This document shows, piece after piece, positions 19,408 to 28,861 of a stretch of 64,000 nucleotides of DNA (within the stretch, counting starts at the first letter, position 1; every line of letters starts with the position of its first letter). The notes beneath the pieces are model-generated. The model ran no database searches and had not been told where the DNA came from. It was given only the letters and a program-made list of their open reading frames with translations. The position numbers and the translations under genes were made by a program. This DNA is from Candidatus Latescibacterota bacterium (lineage in GTDB: Bacteria > Latescibacterota > UBA2968). The stretch spans positions 832,001-896,000 of the forward strand of contig OZ242195.1 of NCBI GenBank assembly GCA_965205975.1. The letters are read 5' to 3'.

Positions 19408-20325
19408 TCAACGCACCTGCCCCATAGGCCATTCCGAGGTCGGCCTACCTTGCCAGGTTGATCGTCGAAAGAATCGCCCACCTGGGGGGCGGCTAAACCA
19501 GCTACTAATTGCGATTCCCCAAAAGTGCTCAAAGGATCTGTCTTTTAGATTTGCGTCACAGTATTCGTAGTGCGACAAGACCTCGTCGAGGAATGACTCT
19601 CCGTATATCCAGAACCCATAGAAATCCTTAGCGGGATCTGTGATTTCGATGTCCCCCCAGTCTATGATCCCAGTAAGTCTTCCGGTTGAGGGATCATGAT
19701 AGATGTGTTTGTACCAGAGGTCGTTGTGAGCCAGCACAGGCTCGTATGAATGATTGATGCTTTCACTTCTTTCGATCCATGCTTCGAAAACATTGCGGAC
19801 CTCACGTTGAAGCTCGTCAGCCCGTTCAGCGAATAACTCCTTCCACATCCTGCGGCGCCTGACCGATGCGTCGCCCTCTACTACGCCGAGGCTCCGTGCC
19901 TTTGCGACCGGGTAGCTGTGGAGTTCGCTGATGAAAACACCCAGCCTCTGAGCGGCCTCGCTGCGGTTTGCCTTGGAAAGTCTCCAAAACCGCCACGGCG
20001 AAATTCGAGTCCCCGGAATTGTATGGTATCCCGCAAAATCTGACGCCTTCGGCACGAATGCATAGTCGGGAATGGGTATTGTCTTCAGGCTGCTTCTAAG
20101 GGCATCCAGGACGGTCCGCTCCCTCGTCAGATTTGTTTCCTCATCGTTCTCGAACCGGAAAGCGATGCCATTGTCCAACAGAATCATTACATGATCGGGA
20201 TCGGCAATGGTCTGAACTCTTCGGTAATTTGCCCACACGAGATCTGGAAAGGCGTTTCTGATTCTCTCCAGGTAGTAGCTGGAAGCCAATGGGGGCATTC
20301 GGCAAGAAATGTCTGAATGATCCAT
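19408..20325 (-). CDS. Aminoglycoside/choline phosphotransferase family (APH(2'')-like)
   Basis: VLAHNDL, TGIIDWGD...DPAKDF. Confidence 0.82.
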   Translation of the reverse strand: MDHSDISCRMPPLASSYYLERIRNAFPDLVWANYRRVQTIADPDHVMILLDNGIAFRFENDEETNLTRERTVLDALRSSLKTIPIPDYAFVPKASDFAGYHTIPGTRISPWRFWRLSKANRSEAAQRLGVFISELHSYPVAKARSLGVVEGDASVRRRRMWKELFAERADELQREVRNVFEAWIERSESINHSYEPVLAHNDLWYKHIYHDPSTGRLTGIIDWGDIEITDPAKDFYGFWIYGESFLDEVLSHYEYCDANLKDRSFEHFWGIAISSWFSRPPGGRFFRRSTWQGRPTSEWPMGQVR

Positions 20326-20372
20326 CCGGTGACCTTTCTCGACTACGGACGTATTAGCAGAAGTCAAGCCGC

Positions 20373-20999
20373 TCAGGCCGCAGTCAGCAAAATAGGCTGG
20401 CCATCGGTAATAACGACGGTATGCTCAAAATGAGCCGAAAGAGATCCGTTTGAGGTCCTTACGGTCCAACCGTCGCAATCTTCAACGGCTTGGGCTGGAT
20501 GCTCGGCAATCATAGGCTCAATGGTGATCACAAGACCATTCGTAAGCGGCTTAGAATCGAACGGATTGTAGGTGTTTGCAACGATGGGATCCTCATGGAT
20601 AACCCGACCTACCCCGTGCCCTGCAAGCTCACTGACAACCCAGAATCCTTGTCGTTTCACCTCGTGCTCTACGGCATGACCGATGCAATTGATCGGTTTG
20701 TTTGCGCGAGCTACGGCCACCGCCTTTTCAAATGCCGTACGGGCACATCGACACAATCTATCGGCTTTCGCGGAATATGGAGGAATCGGGATGGTGATTG
20801 CTGCATCTGCAATGTAGCCGTTCAATTCAGCGGTGACATCCAGACTTACAATGTCACCCTGTTCCAGCACTCGATCACCCGGAATACCGTGAATGATCTC
20901 GTCATTGACACTGATAAGATTGACGCCAGGAAAACCGTAAAACAGCCGAGGTGCGGAGGTTGCCCCGTATCGATTGAGCACCGACTCGCCAACGCGATC
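20373..20999 (-). pseudogene. map: Type I methionine aminopeptidase, 5'-truncated at the IS3 end
   Basis: SVNDEIIHGIP, DIVSLDV, GHGVGRVIHEDP, IEPM, SAHFEHT; the frame begins DRVGESVL exactly at the IS boundary and lacks the normal N-terminal helix. Confidence 0.85.
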
Positions 21000-21044
21000 T
21001 GTAATGGTTCAAAGTAAATTGGAATTTTGGGTGTTGTAGTTAAG

Positions 21045-21977
21045 CTACAAATGGGCAACGGGTTTGACGGCTCTGAGTTGGGCACGCAAGCATTTTGCTT
21101 GCGCCAACTTGCGTTTTCGTTCTCGAAAAATAAGTGGTGCTCGACCACACAGTTTATCAACAGGCGCGATATACCCGATGCTGGCGTGGTATCTCTTGTG
21201 GTTGTAATGCGCGACAAATCTGGCAACCACTTCTCGCGCCTCCTCCAAATTCGTCGGTGTTTTGGGACGAATACACTCGCGCTTGAGCGACTGGTGCCAC
21301 CGCTCGATCTTGCCATTGGATTGCGGATAAAACGGCGAAGTGCGCACATGGGTCATCCCGCAGTGTCTGATAAAGGACTTGAAGGCAAGGGCAATAAACT
21401 GTGGACCATTGTCCGAGATGATACGCGGCCTGACGTTGGGGAACTTTTCTCTGCCTCTTTGAATAATGATCTCGACATCTGCTTCTCGCATCGCTTCTCG
21501 AATCTCAAAATGGACGAGAAAGCGACTATAGCCATCTAAAAGGGCACATAAGTAGTAGAAGGTCCCGCAGATATTCAAATAGGATACATCCACATGCCAG
21601 TGCTGGTGTGCCCGTGTTGGCTGGTCAAATCCTGTCCCCTTCTTTGAGACCTTTTTTAAAGTTCGACTAAGCAGATCGGCGCCTTTGAGCACGCGATACA
21701 CGCTACTGGGTGAAACAGCTACAACATCTTCATCTATCATCTGATACGCCAAACGACGATACCCCTGGTCGGGGTGCGCTATGGCATAAGTGATAATGGC
21801 TTGCTTCTCCCAGTCCAAGAGCCAGGAACTCTTGGGCAGTGACCCATAAGTGCCATTGGGCGCACCATACCGGGCTTTCCAGTCATAATATGTGCTTGTA
21901 GATAACCCTAATAAGGATAAAAACTGACCGATAAAGATACCGGTTTGCTTGTGCCAATGGACCACAAAATCAATCAC
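21045..21977 (-). CDS. IS3 transposase OrfB (DDE integrase core)
   Basis: WHVDVSY, ISDNGPQF, NGKIERWH, YNHKRYHASIGY. Confidence 0.93.
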   Translation of the reverse strand: MIDFVVHWHKQTGIFIGQFLSLLGLSTSTYYDWKARYGAPNGTYGSLPKSSWLLDWEKQAIITYAIAHPDQGYRRLAYQMIDEDVVAVSPSSVYRVLKGADLLSRTLKKVSKKGTGFDQPTRAHQHWHVDVSYLNICGTFYYLCALLDGYSRFLVHFEIREAMREADVEIIIQRGREKFPNVRPRIISDNGPQFIALAFKSFIRHCGMTHVRTSPFYPQSNGKIERWHQSLKRECIRPKTPTNLEEAREVVARFVAHYNHKRYHASIGYIAPVDKLCGRAPLIFRERKRKLAQAKCLRAQLRAVKPVAHL

Positions 21978-22012
21978 CGCATCGCGAATGACCCTCGAAA
22001 TCGGACGTTGAC

Positions 22013-22321
22013 TCAGGTCTCCCCAAGACTTTTTTTTAGAAAAATGTGCTCTTCCATCAGTTCTGACAACACTTCGTTCTTTGTTGCCAATTTGGCCTCT
22101 AAGACAGCAATCTTTCTCGCCTGCTGTTTCTCATGCACACTCTGCTTTGGCGCAAAGGCTGAGGTACCTTGCTCGAAAAACACCTTCTGCCACTGGTAGA
22201 ACATCGTCGGGTGAATCCCGTGTGCATCACACAAATCTGACACGGGCACGCCATCTAACAGATGACGACGCAAAATCGACACCTTCTCTTCGGGAGAATA
22301 TTGCTTACGCTTCTTCGACAT
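22013..22321 (-). CDS. IS3 transposase OrfA
   Basis: RKQYSPEEKVSIL HTH; A8G slippery run near its end for a -1 frameshift into OrfB. Confidence 0.92.
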   Translation of the reverse strand: MSKKRKQYSPEEKVSILRRHLLDGVPVSDLCDAHGIHPTMFYQWQKVFFEQGTSAFAPKQSVHEKQQARKIAVLEAKLATKNEVLSELMEEHIFLKKSLGET

Positions 22322-22398
22322 GGACTCCTCCTTGGGGACAGCCCAATTTATAGCTTATCAATGCACCACAAAAGTCCATTTCTATCTGAAGCATAACA

Positions 22399-22671
22399 TT
22401 TCGTCTTCTCAATAGCTTGCGCCATCATTTCTGGCGCGAAGTCAATTGCGGTCACCCTGGCACCTGCTTCTGACAGATAAAGGGTATGACGTCCCGTGCC
22501 GCAGCCGATATCAGCGACGCTGAGTTCCTGGATGTCCCCCAACAGGGATCGCAATAACGGCTCTTCCAAAATGATCAAGGAATTGTCCTGCGTATCGTAC
22601 GTATCAGACCAACGAGCGTAGCCTTGCCGGACAGGTACGGTTTCAAGATCGGCCCCAGACCCATTACTCAT
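22399..22671 (-). pseudogene. Class I SAM methyltransferase, 3'-truncated by IS3
   Basis: GYARWSDTYD, VADIGCGTGRH, VTAIDFAPEM; ends at the IS boundary. Confidence 0.82.
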
Positions 22672-22750
22672 GTTGTATGCCTCCAGGAAATGCCCCCACG
22701 CCAAGATCATCTCCGCATAGATGTCATTTTTTTACAATTATTTAGATACT

Positions 22751-22781
22751 AAAAGCCCACGTCTTTTGACTGTGGGCTTTT
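22751..22781. terminator. Bidirectional intrinsic terminator
   Basis: AAAAGCCCAC-GTCTTTTGACT-GTGGGCTTTT. Confidence 0.8.
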
Positions 22782-22816
22782 AATGTGATTTCTACCTCTC
22801 GTAACTAATTTATAGA

Positions 22817-23566
22817 TCAGATTTCGGTCTTTTCCTTCAGAGAGAGAAGTTGATCGCGGAGTTCTGCGGCGCGTTCGAAGTCTTCGAGGCCCACGGCTTC
22901 GCGGATCTGGTCGCGCAGGTCCTGGGATAGGGATTTGGGGCGGTCGCGGCGAATCTCGTCTGCCCATTCCTGGAGGAAGGCGATTTCTTCACTTTCGTCA
23001 ATGAGGTCGTGACGGTCAAATTCTCTGAAGAAGGCTCGGAGTTCGTCAATGCCGTCGTCAATTTTTGACAGTGCCATATCATAGGCTTCGCGTTCGAGAT
23101 ACATCAGGACTTCGGCCCTTACGCGGTGTCCAATGACAAAGGGGCGATAGTGCTCAAACGCCATACGGTCTTCCTCGTCTTCTGCGTATTCTTTGACAAA
23201 GTCGAAAAGTTCGAGGTTGCGTTCGGCGTCTTTTTTGGCGTTGAGATATTCGCCTATTTCGAGAAAGCTAATGCGGCGATGATAATATTGGAGGGCTTCC
23301 ATCTGGAGTTCCATACAATTTTCAGAATTGAGCGCAAAGTTTTCTGGACCGCGTTTTTGCGCCAGCGCTTTGTAATAGTGCAAGAGCGATTCATACCCTT
23401 CGGGCTGTTGACCGTCGGGGCGGCCGGTGACATCCATTTGCAAGATGCCCATTTCGATGCGGAGTTGAACTTTGGCGCGACCATCATTCCCTCTGATTTT
23501 GCGAACACACAATTGCCCGGGTTCACAGGGCCAGTCATCCAGAAGTGGCTGAATATCTTTACTCAT
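22817..23566 (-). CDS. UvrB/UvrC (UVR) motif-containing conserved protein
   Basis: C-terminal EAVGLEDFERAAELRDQL; N-terminal QLRIEMGILQMDVTGRPDG. Confidence 0.82.
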   Translation of the reverse strand: MSKDIQPLLDDWPCEPGQLCVRKIRGNDGRAKVQLRIEMGILQMDVTGRPDGQQPEGYESLLHYYKALAQKRGPENFALNSENCMELQMEALQYYHRRISFLEIGEYLNAKKDAERNLELFDFVKEYAEDEEDRMAFEHYRPFVIGHRVRAEVLMYLEREAYDMALSKIDDGIDELRAFFREFDRHDLIDESEEIAFLQEWADEIRRDRPKSLSQDLRDQIREAVGLEDFERAAELRDQLLSLKEKTEI

Positions 23567-23617
23567 CGGTGCATATCCTCCATTGGTAAATTGGCTGAGG
23601 ACAATAAGCTCGAAAGC

Positions 23618-23646
23618 AGTTTACGATAATCACTATATGTTGTCAA
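23618..23646 (-). promoter_or_regulatory. sigma70 promoter
   Basis: TTGACA-17 nt-TAAACT upstream of the UVR protein. Confidence 0.6.
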
Positions 23647-23674
23647 GAAATTAGCGGGAGATGCTCTTCACGTC

Positions 23675-24721
23675 TCATCGTACTTTGGGTATTGACACAC
23701 TCAGTTCATTTGCTGTTTCTACTGTGTTGTCCCAGGTTTCGTCTTCGATAAAGACACCTTCTGCTTCGCGTTTGGCGCGTGTGTCGTGTTCGATTTCTCC
23801 CGGGAGATAGATTTTATCGACGCCGGGCTGGGTGCGAGAGGACTTGATCCAGTCGCAGAGACGGCCAATTTCGTTGAGATAATCGGAGAGGTCGATAAAG
23901 CTGTCGATTTTGATGGCGATGGCGATATAGCCACTGCCGCCTCGCGTGGGTTGTTCTGAACTGCATCCCGCCCATGAGAGGCCGCCCGCGATAGCGTCGA
24001 TCATCATGCCCAGGCCATATCCCTTGTGGCCCTGAGGTCCGCCCAGAGGCAGCATTGCCACGTCGTTGCCTTTAAAGCGATTGGGGTCATTCACGGGATT
24101 GCCGTCTGAGTCTATGAGCCAGCCATCGGGTGTTTGTTGCCCCCGCGCGCGATACACATCGACTTTGCCACCGGCAGACATACTGGTGGTTATGTCGAGC
24201 ATGAGGGGAGGACCGTGGGGGGTGGGGGCACTAAAGGCTATGGGATTGGGGGGGAGGCGTCGGCTCGTGCCGCCAAAGGGGGCGGTGAAGCGCCCGCCGC
24301 CGTTGAGCATGAGCAGGCCAATGCAGTTGCGTTCAGCTGCTTTGGGTGGATAATCGCCCAGGCGACCGATGTGACTGGATCGGTGAACGGCTACGGCGCC
24401 GATGGTGTGTTCGAGGGCGCGGTCGGTAGCCATTTGCATGGCTTTGTGGGCGACGACAATGCCGATGGTGCGCTCGGCATCAATGACGGCTGAAACGGGG
24501 GTTTCTCGAATAATTTTGAGTTCGCGTACGGGTTTGATGTTGCCGCTTGTGATAGCGCGAATATAGCCCGGCGTGCGAATAACACCGTGCGAATCGTGTC
24601 CGTAGAGGTTGGCATCTACTAGGTGGTCGGCTACGATGTGAGCCTGATCTTCTGGAAATCCCGCCGCACTGTAGAGTTCGCGTTGCAGGGTCCGAAGGTG
24701 CGTTGCGTCAATAATGGGCAT
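23675..24721 (-). CDS. Ldh_2 family (malate/L-lactate/ureidoglycolate) dehydrogenase
   Basis: GHDSHGV, SHIGRLG, NPIAFSAP, GHKGYGL, IYLPGE. Confidence 0.92.
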   Translation of the reverse strand: MPIIDATHLRTLQRELYSAAGFPEDQAHIVADHLVDANLYGHDSHGVIRTPGYIRAITSGNIKPVRELKIIRETPVSAVIDAERTIGIVVAHKAMQMATDRALEHTIGAVAVHRSSHIGRLGDYPPKAAERNCIGLLMLNGGGRFTAPFGGTSRRLPPNPIAFSAPTPHGPPLMLDITTSMSAGGKVDVYRARGQQTPDGWLIDSDGNPVNDPNRFKGNDVAMLPLGGPQGHKGYGLGMMIDAIAGGLSWAGCSSEQPTRGGSGYIAIAIKIDSFIDLSDYLNEIGRLCDWIKSSRTQPGVDKIYLPGEIEHDTRAKREAEGVFIEDETWDNTVETANELSVSIPKVR

Positions 24722-24768
24722 ATAGTTATGTCCTTTCGAAAAGGATGAGCGTGTGTGCCAGAATCTGT

Positions 24769-25920
24769 CTATTGGATTGCTTGACGAACCCAGTCGAGCG
24801 CGGAGAGCGGCATGATGCCGTAGTTGTAAAAGGCGAATTTGGTCACGCCTTGTTCTCGGGCTGCCCGAAGATTGGCACAGAGGGTTTCTGCATCGGGGGA
24901 GGCTGGGGGATAGGCTTGAAGTCCAACAACGAGTTGGTCTGGACTCTGGATGATAGGTAAAAGTTCTGAGACTCGCGTTCTGGTGTGTTGGGGATCGGCA
25001 GTGTAAGAAAGAATTTCTACACTGTCAGCAATTTGTGCAATGGCTTTGGGATTCGATCCCGTGATTGTTGAATCGCCCATCAAGATATAGGAGAGTGGGA
25101 CATCAACGGCCGCTTTGAGTTCGCGCACGAGGGATGTGACAATTTCTTCGCGCATGGCGTCAAATGCTTCGAGGTCTGGTATTGTACTTTTGAGGTCTGT
25201 GATCGTTTCCCGAACGGGTTGACCGGTTTCAAAGGCCGTGCGGATTTTTGCGGTGACAGTGCTTTGTAGCTGGGCAATGTCGATATTGGCTTCCATCGCT
25301 CGTTTTTTGCAGCTATCGCAGAAACAGAGTGAAAAGAGATAGCGTCCGCCAGCACCCAGGTCAATACCGTGTTTGGCGTGGTAGTGCAGATGACCCCAAC
25401 CAGAGTAGGCGAGGGATTCGCATTCGAGGAGGGAGATGCCGTAGTTGAGCACCAGATCGCGAGAGAGTGCGATGGCAAAGGCGCGCACGTCTGGATTGGC
25501 AGGGCAGAGGGCAGATGTGCTGATGTCACCTGTGCAGCGGACTTCGGCACATTGGGGATGGGATTGCGCCTGATGGGAGTTGTGAAAAAAGACGGTCCAT
25601 GAATTGAGATTTATACCAGCGGATGTTGCGGCTTTTGCTGCTTCGCCCCACCAGTTTTCGTTTTGCATCAAAGGGCTAACATGTGGTTTGATCGCGCCGT
25701 AAAGCGATTCCTGTGGTTCAAAATAAATCGCTGATTGTGAGACCTCGAGTGTGTTATTGGCGGGTAGATGGGGGCGCAGCATGTCAAAGGTGTGGTAAGC
25801 CGATGCCAGGTTGATGGCGTCGAGTTTAACTTCTCCGCGGAGTTTGTGGAGAACGGCGTCATAACCTTCGTCGCGTAAATCCCAGGGATAAGTCCACATG
25901 GTGGCGTTGAGCGCAGGCAT
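24769..25920 (-). CDS. Hypothetical protein (possible glycoside hydrolase-like TIM barrel)
   Basis: YPWD, AYH, LCPANPDVR, LCFCDSC, FYNYG; SD AGGAG. Confidence 0.65.
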   Translation of the reverse strand: MPALNATMWTYPWDLRDEGYDAVLHKLRGEVKLDAINLASAYHTFDMLRPHLPANNTLEVSQSAIYFEPQESLYGAIKPHVSPLMQNENWWGEAAKAATSAGINLNSWTVFFHNSHQAQSHPQCAEVRCTGDISTSALCPANPDVRAFAIALSRDLVLNYGISLLECESLAYSGWGHLHYHAKHGIDLGAGGRYLFSLCFCDSCKKRAMEANIDIAQLQSTVTAKIRTAFETGQPVRETITDLKSTIPDLEAFDAMREEIVTSLVRELKAAVDVPLSYILMGDSTITGSNPKAIAQIADSVEILSYTADPQHTRTRVSELLPIIQSPDQLVVGLQAYPPASPDAETLCANLRAAREQGVTKFAFYNYGIMPLSALDWVRQAIQ

Positions 25921-26004
25921 TGGGATGCTCCTTTCTTTGTATGAAACATGGTATTTTCATTTTGAATAATTTCAAAGCGATTTTTGGAACGGGTTGAAAG
26001 AGGA

Positions 26005-26033
26005 TTGACTTTTTTCCCAAAATATGGTATAAC
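26005..26033 (+). promoter_or_regulatory. sigma70 promoter with extended -10
   Basis: TTGACT-17 nt-TATAAC preceded by TGG. Confidence 0.65.
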
Positions 26034-26066
26034 CTGTTTTGTATTTAATACAGTTTGGAGGAATGG

Positions 26067-27080
26067 ATGACAAAACTCGGATTGGGTGTGATTGGATGCG
26101 GCAATATGGGCGCGAGTCTGGCCAATGGTGCGCGGGACCTGGACTGCGCTGAGGTGGTTTGTGTCAGCGATGTGGATAGTGAAAAAGGCCGGGTGCTATC
26201 TGAGAAAATGGACTGCGATTACGAGGCGGATTATCACACCATGCTGGCGCGTGAGGATGTGCAGGCCGTCATGATTGCCACGCCGCCGTTTTTGCATATT
26301 GATCCCACGATTGCAGCAGCCCGAGTGGGCGTGCATGTGTTTTGCGAGAAGCCCATGTCGCCTACGCTGGCGGGGTGTGATGCGATGATCGCCGCGTGTG
26401 AGCAAGGTGGGGTTAAGTTGGGTATTGGGCTGGTGTGTCGCTTTCACCCGGTGCATCGCAAGGTGCGCGATTTGGCTCGCGGGGGCGATTTAGGGATGCC
26501 TTTGTGTTTGATGGTGCATCGTCTGGGTGGTGGATGGGGCGGCGTATGGTCTGCAACATGGCGGGAGTCAAGAGCCAAAAGTGGCGGTACGCTGATGGAA
26601 GTGAATGCACATGAAATTGATTTTATGCGTTTTGTGATGGGCGATGCGGAATCGGTTTCTGCGGTGGGTGGGCAGTTCGTGCAGATGGAGACGGATTTTC
26701 CAGATGTGGCACTCGTGTCCATCCGATTCAAAAACGGTGGGGTAGGGGTATTGCATTCCAGTCAGGCAAGTGCTATTGGAGGTTATGGCGGGCGGTTGGA
26801 TTGCGCCAAAGGCTCGGTGGTCTTCCCCTCGTTTTGGGGGGGTGAAGGTGGCTTGCGCTACAAGCGATACGACGGTGGTGAAACGGCGATTCCCGCATCG
26901 GAGTTATCGCAAGATGAGAGTCCGGTGAGCCAGGAGATTCGCGCGTTTTGCGAAGCGGTGCTCAATGGGGAGGAGCCACCGGTGTCTGGTGCAGATGGTC
27001 GGGCAGCCGTGGAGATTGCGTTGGCAGCTTATCGGTCTATTGAAACGGGCGAAGCAATTGTGTTTCCATTTGAGGAATGA
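26067..27080 (+). CDS. Gfo/Idh/MocA family oxidoreductase
   Basis: GVIGCGNMG, HVFCEKPM, GGTLMEVNAHEID. Confidence 0.92.
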   Translation: MTKLGLGVIGCGNMGASLANGARDLDCAEVVCVSDVDSEKGRVLSEKMDCDYEADYHTMLAREDVQAVMIATPPFLHIDPTIAAARVGVHVFCEKPMSPTLAGCDAMIAACEQGGVKLGIGLVCRFHPVHRKVRDLARGGDLGMPLCLMVHRLGGGWGGVWSATWRESRAKSGGTLMEVNAHEIDFMRFVMGDAESVSAVGGQFVQMETDFPDVALVSIRFKNGGVGVLHSSQASAIGGYGGRLDCAKGSVVFPSFWGGEGGLRYKRYDGGETAIPASELSQDESPVSQEIRAFCEAVLNGEEPPVSGADGRAAVEIALAAYRSIETGEAIVFPFEE

Positions 27081-27086
27081 GACATT

Positions 27087-28325
27087 ATGGCGCGAAAATT
27101 TGAGATTCCAGAATTTTACAAAAGTCCGATTATTTCGCAGGTCAAAAGAGCGCGACAACTATCGGATCCCAAAAAGCGCGATTTGCAGCCCTCGGTACTG
27201 GATTTTGGGCCTGTGCGTTTTTTTTTGGCACGGCATTTTGGGTTTTGCTTTGGCGTGGAGAATGCCATTGAAATTGCGTATAAGACCCTGGAAGCCCATT
27301 CGGACCGGCGCGTGTTTTTTCTGAGTGAGATGATTCACAATCCCAATGTGAACGCGGATTTGCAGGATCGCGGCGTGCAGTTTATGTTTACGCCGTCTGG
27401 GGAACAGCTCATTCCGTGGGACGCGCTCGTTCCCAAAGATATCGTGGTGGTGCCAGCTTTTGGTACAACTGTGGGAACGCAAGAGGAATTGGCCCGGCGG
27501 GGGATTGATCCATATCAGTACAATACTACCTGTCCATTTGTCGAAAGGGTGTGGAAGCGCAGTGCTCAATTGGGAGATGGGGATTATACTGTCGTCATTC
27601 ACGGGAAGACCATACACGAAGAGACGCGGGCAACTTTTTCTCACGCGGTTCAAAATGCGGAGGTCGTAGCTGTACTGAATTTGAAAGAGGCGCGTATTTT
27701 GGCAGATATTATTCGGGGCAAACGCGATCTTCGTGCTTTTGAACGGCATTTTAGACACAAGTGCTCACAGGGATTTGACCCCAGTATCCATTTGTCGCGC
27801 ATCGGTGTGGTGAATCAGACGACGATGTTGGCTACTGAAACGCATAAAATAGCTGAGATCATTCGGCAGGGACTCATAGATCGGTATGGAGGGGAGAATA
27901 TCGACGATCATTTTGCGGATACATCAGATACACTTTGTTATGCCACCAACGAAAATCAGAATGCGACATATACACTGATTGAGCAAGGGGCTGATCTCGC
28001 TCTGGTTGTGGGAGGATACAATTCTTCGAATACATCGCATATTGTGGAATTGTGCGAGGAAGCCATGCCGACGTTTTTTGTGAAGGATGCCGAGGAGTTG
28101 ATTTCAGAACGCGAAATTCGGCATTATTGTCTCAAGTCGCACGGGGTGGAGATTGCCGAGAATTGGTTGCCCGATAAAAGACCTGTGGATATCGCACTGA
28201 CATGTGGTGCCTCGTGTCCCGATGCAGTGGTGGATGGTGTGCTGTTGCGCGTGTTGTCTTTTTTTTCCGATGCGAGAGATGTGAATGATGTGCTGGCGTC
28301 GTACAGGGCGATGGAGCCTGTGTAA
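27087..28325 (+). CDS. ispH: 4-hydroxy-3-methylbut-2-enyl diphosphate reductase (long type)
   Basis: GFCFGVENA, IHNP, TTCPFV, NQTT, TLCYAT, GGYNSSNT, GASCP. Confidence 0.95.
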   Translation: MARKFEIPEFYKSPIISQVKRARQLSDPKKRDLQPSVLDFGPVRFFLARHFGFCFGVENAIEIAYKTLEAHSDRRVFFLSEMIHNPNVNADLQDRGVQFMFTPSGEQLIPWDALVPKDIVVVPAFGTTVGTQEELARRGIDPYQYNTTCPFVERVWKRSAQLGDGDYTVVIHGKTIHEETRATFSHAVQNAEVVAVLNLKEARILADIIRGKRDLRAFERHFRHKCSQGFDPSIHLSRIGVVNQTTMLATETHKIAEIIRQGLIDRYGGENIDDHFADTSDTLCYATNENQNATYTLIEQGADLALVVGGYNSSNTSHIVELCEEAMPTFFVKDAEELISEREIRHYCLKSHGVEIAENWLPDKRPVDIALTCGASCPDAVVDGVLLRVLSFFSDARDVNDVLASYRAMEPV

Positions 28326-28332
28326 TACGGAG

Positions 28333-28749
28333 TTACTCCTCTCCTAAGACTTCGAGAAGCCTGCGAACTTTTTCCAGTGACTCTTTTGTGTGCAACCGAA
28401 GCAGTGCAGAAAGCACGGCTTTTCCGTCTTCAGAAGACAGTAAAATATTCAGTTCTCTGAGTTGTTCTGTTGTGAGTGTGTTAATCCGGTCGCTTACAAT
28501 ACTGCTCAACTCGAGATCGCGCTCTTGCGGATAAACGATCATTGTTTTGGGATTTGCATCCAAAAGGACATCCGGCGAAACGCCCAAAGCAGTAGCAATA
28601 GCGACCAGGGTATCGGTTCGAGGCACTTTTGTCTCTGCTTCAATGCGAGATACTGTTGCCTGGTCAATATTGGCCGCATTGGCGAGGTCGAGTTGGGACC
28701 AGTTTTTTGCGTGCCTTAATTCCCTTATTTTTCGTCCAGTTACAATCAT
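28333..28749 (-). CDS. XRE-family HTH transcriptional regulator
   Basis: IRELRHAKNWSQLDLANAANIDQATVSRIE. Confidence 0.88.
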   Translation of the reverse strand: MIVTGRKIRELRHAKNWSQLDLANAANIDQATVSRIEAETKVPRTDTLVAIATALGVSPDVLLDANPKTMIVYPQERDLELSSIVSDRINTLTTEQLRELNILLSSEDGKAVLSALLRLHTKESLEKVRRLLEVLGEE

Positions 28750-28861
28750 AAATGAAAAATAAGGGAATTTTATGAGTTTATTTATGTTCATGGGCATATA
28801 TTATGATTAAAAATATGTATTTATGCATATTACACGTTTGCATTTTTGGATTGGAGTCGCT

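Larger units (their letters stand above)
21000..22398 (-). mobile_element. IS3-family insertion sequence (complete)
   Basis: TG...CA ends with imperfect 30-bp IRs TGTTATGCTTCAGATAGAAATGGACTTTTG / TGTAATGGTTCAAAGTAAATTGGAATTTTG (22/30 identical); orfA and orfB; no target duplication. Confidence 0.92.

Noticed and set aside
1784..22805. Shared 12-mer ACCTCTCGTAAC at 1784 and 22794
   Set aside because: Too short to exceed chance expectation, and the flanks do not align.
28785..28815. dif-like site (CATATATTATGATTAAA)
   Set aside because: Arm spacing and the XerC/XerD arms do not fit the 11-6-11 layout.
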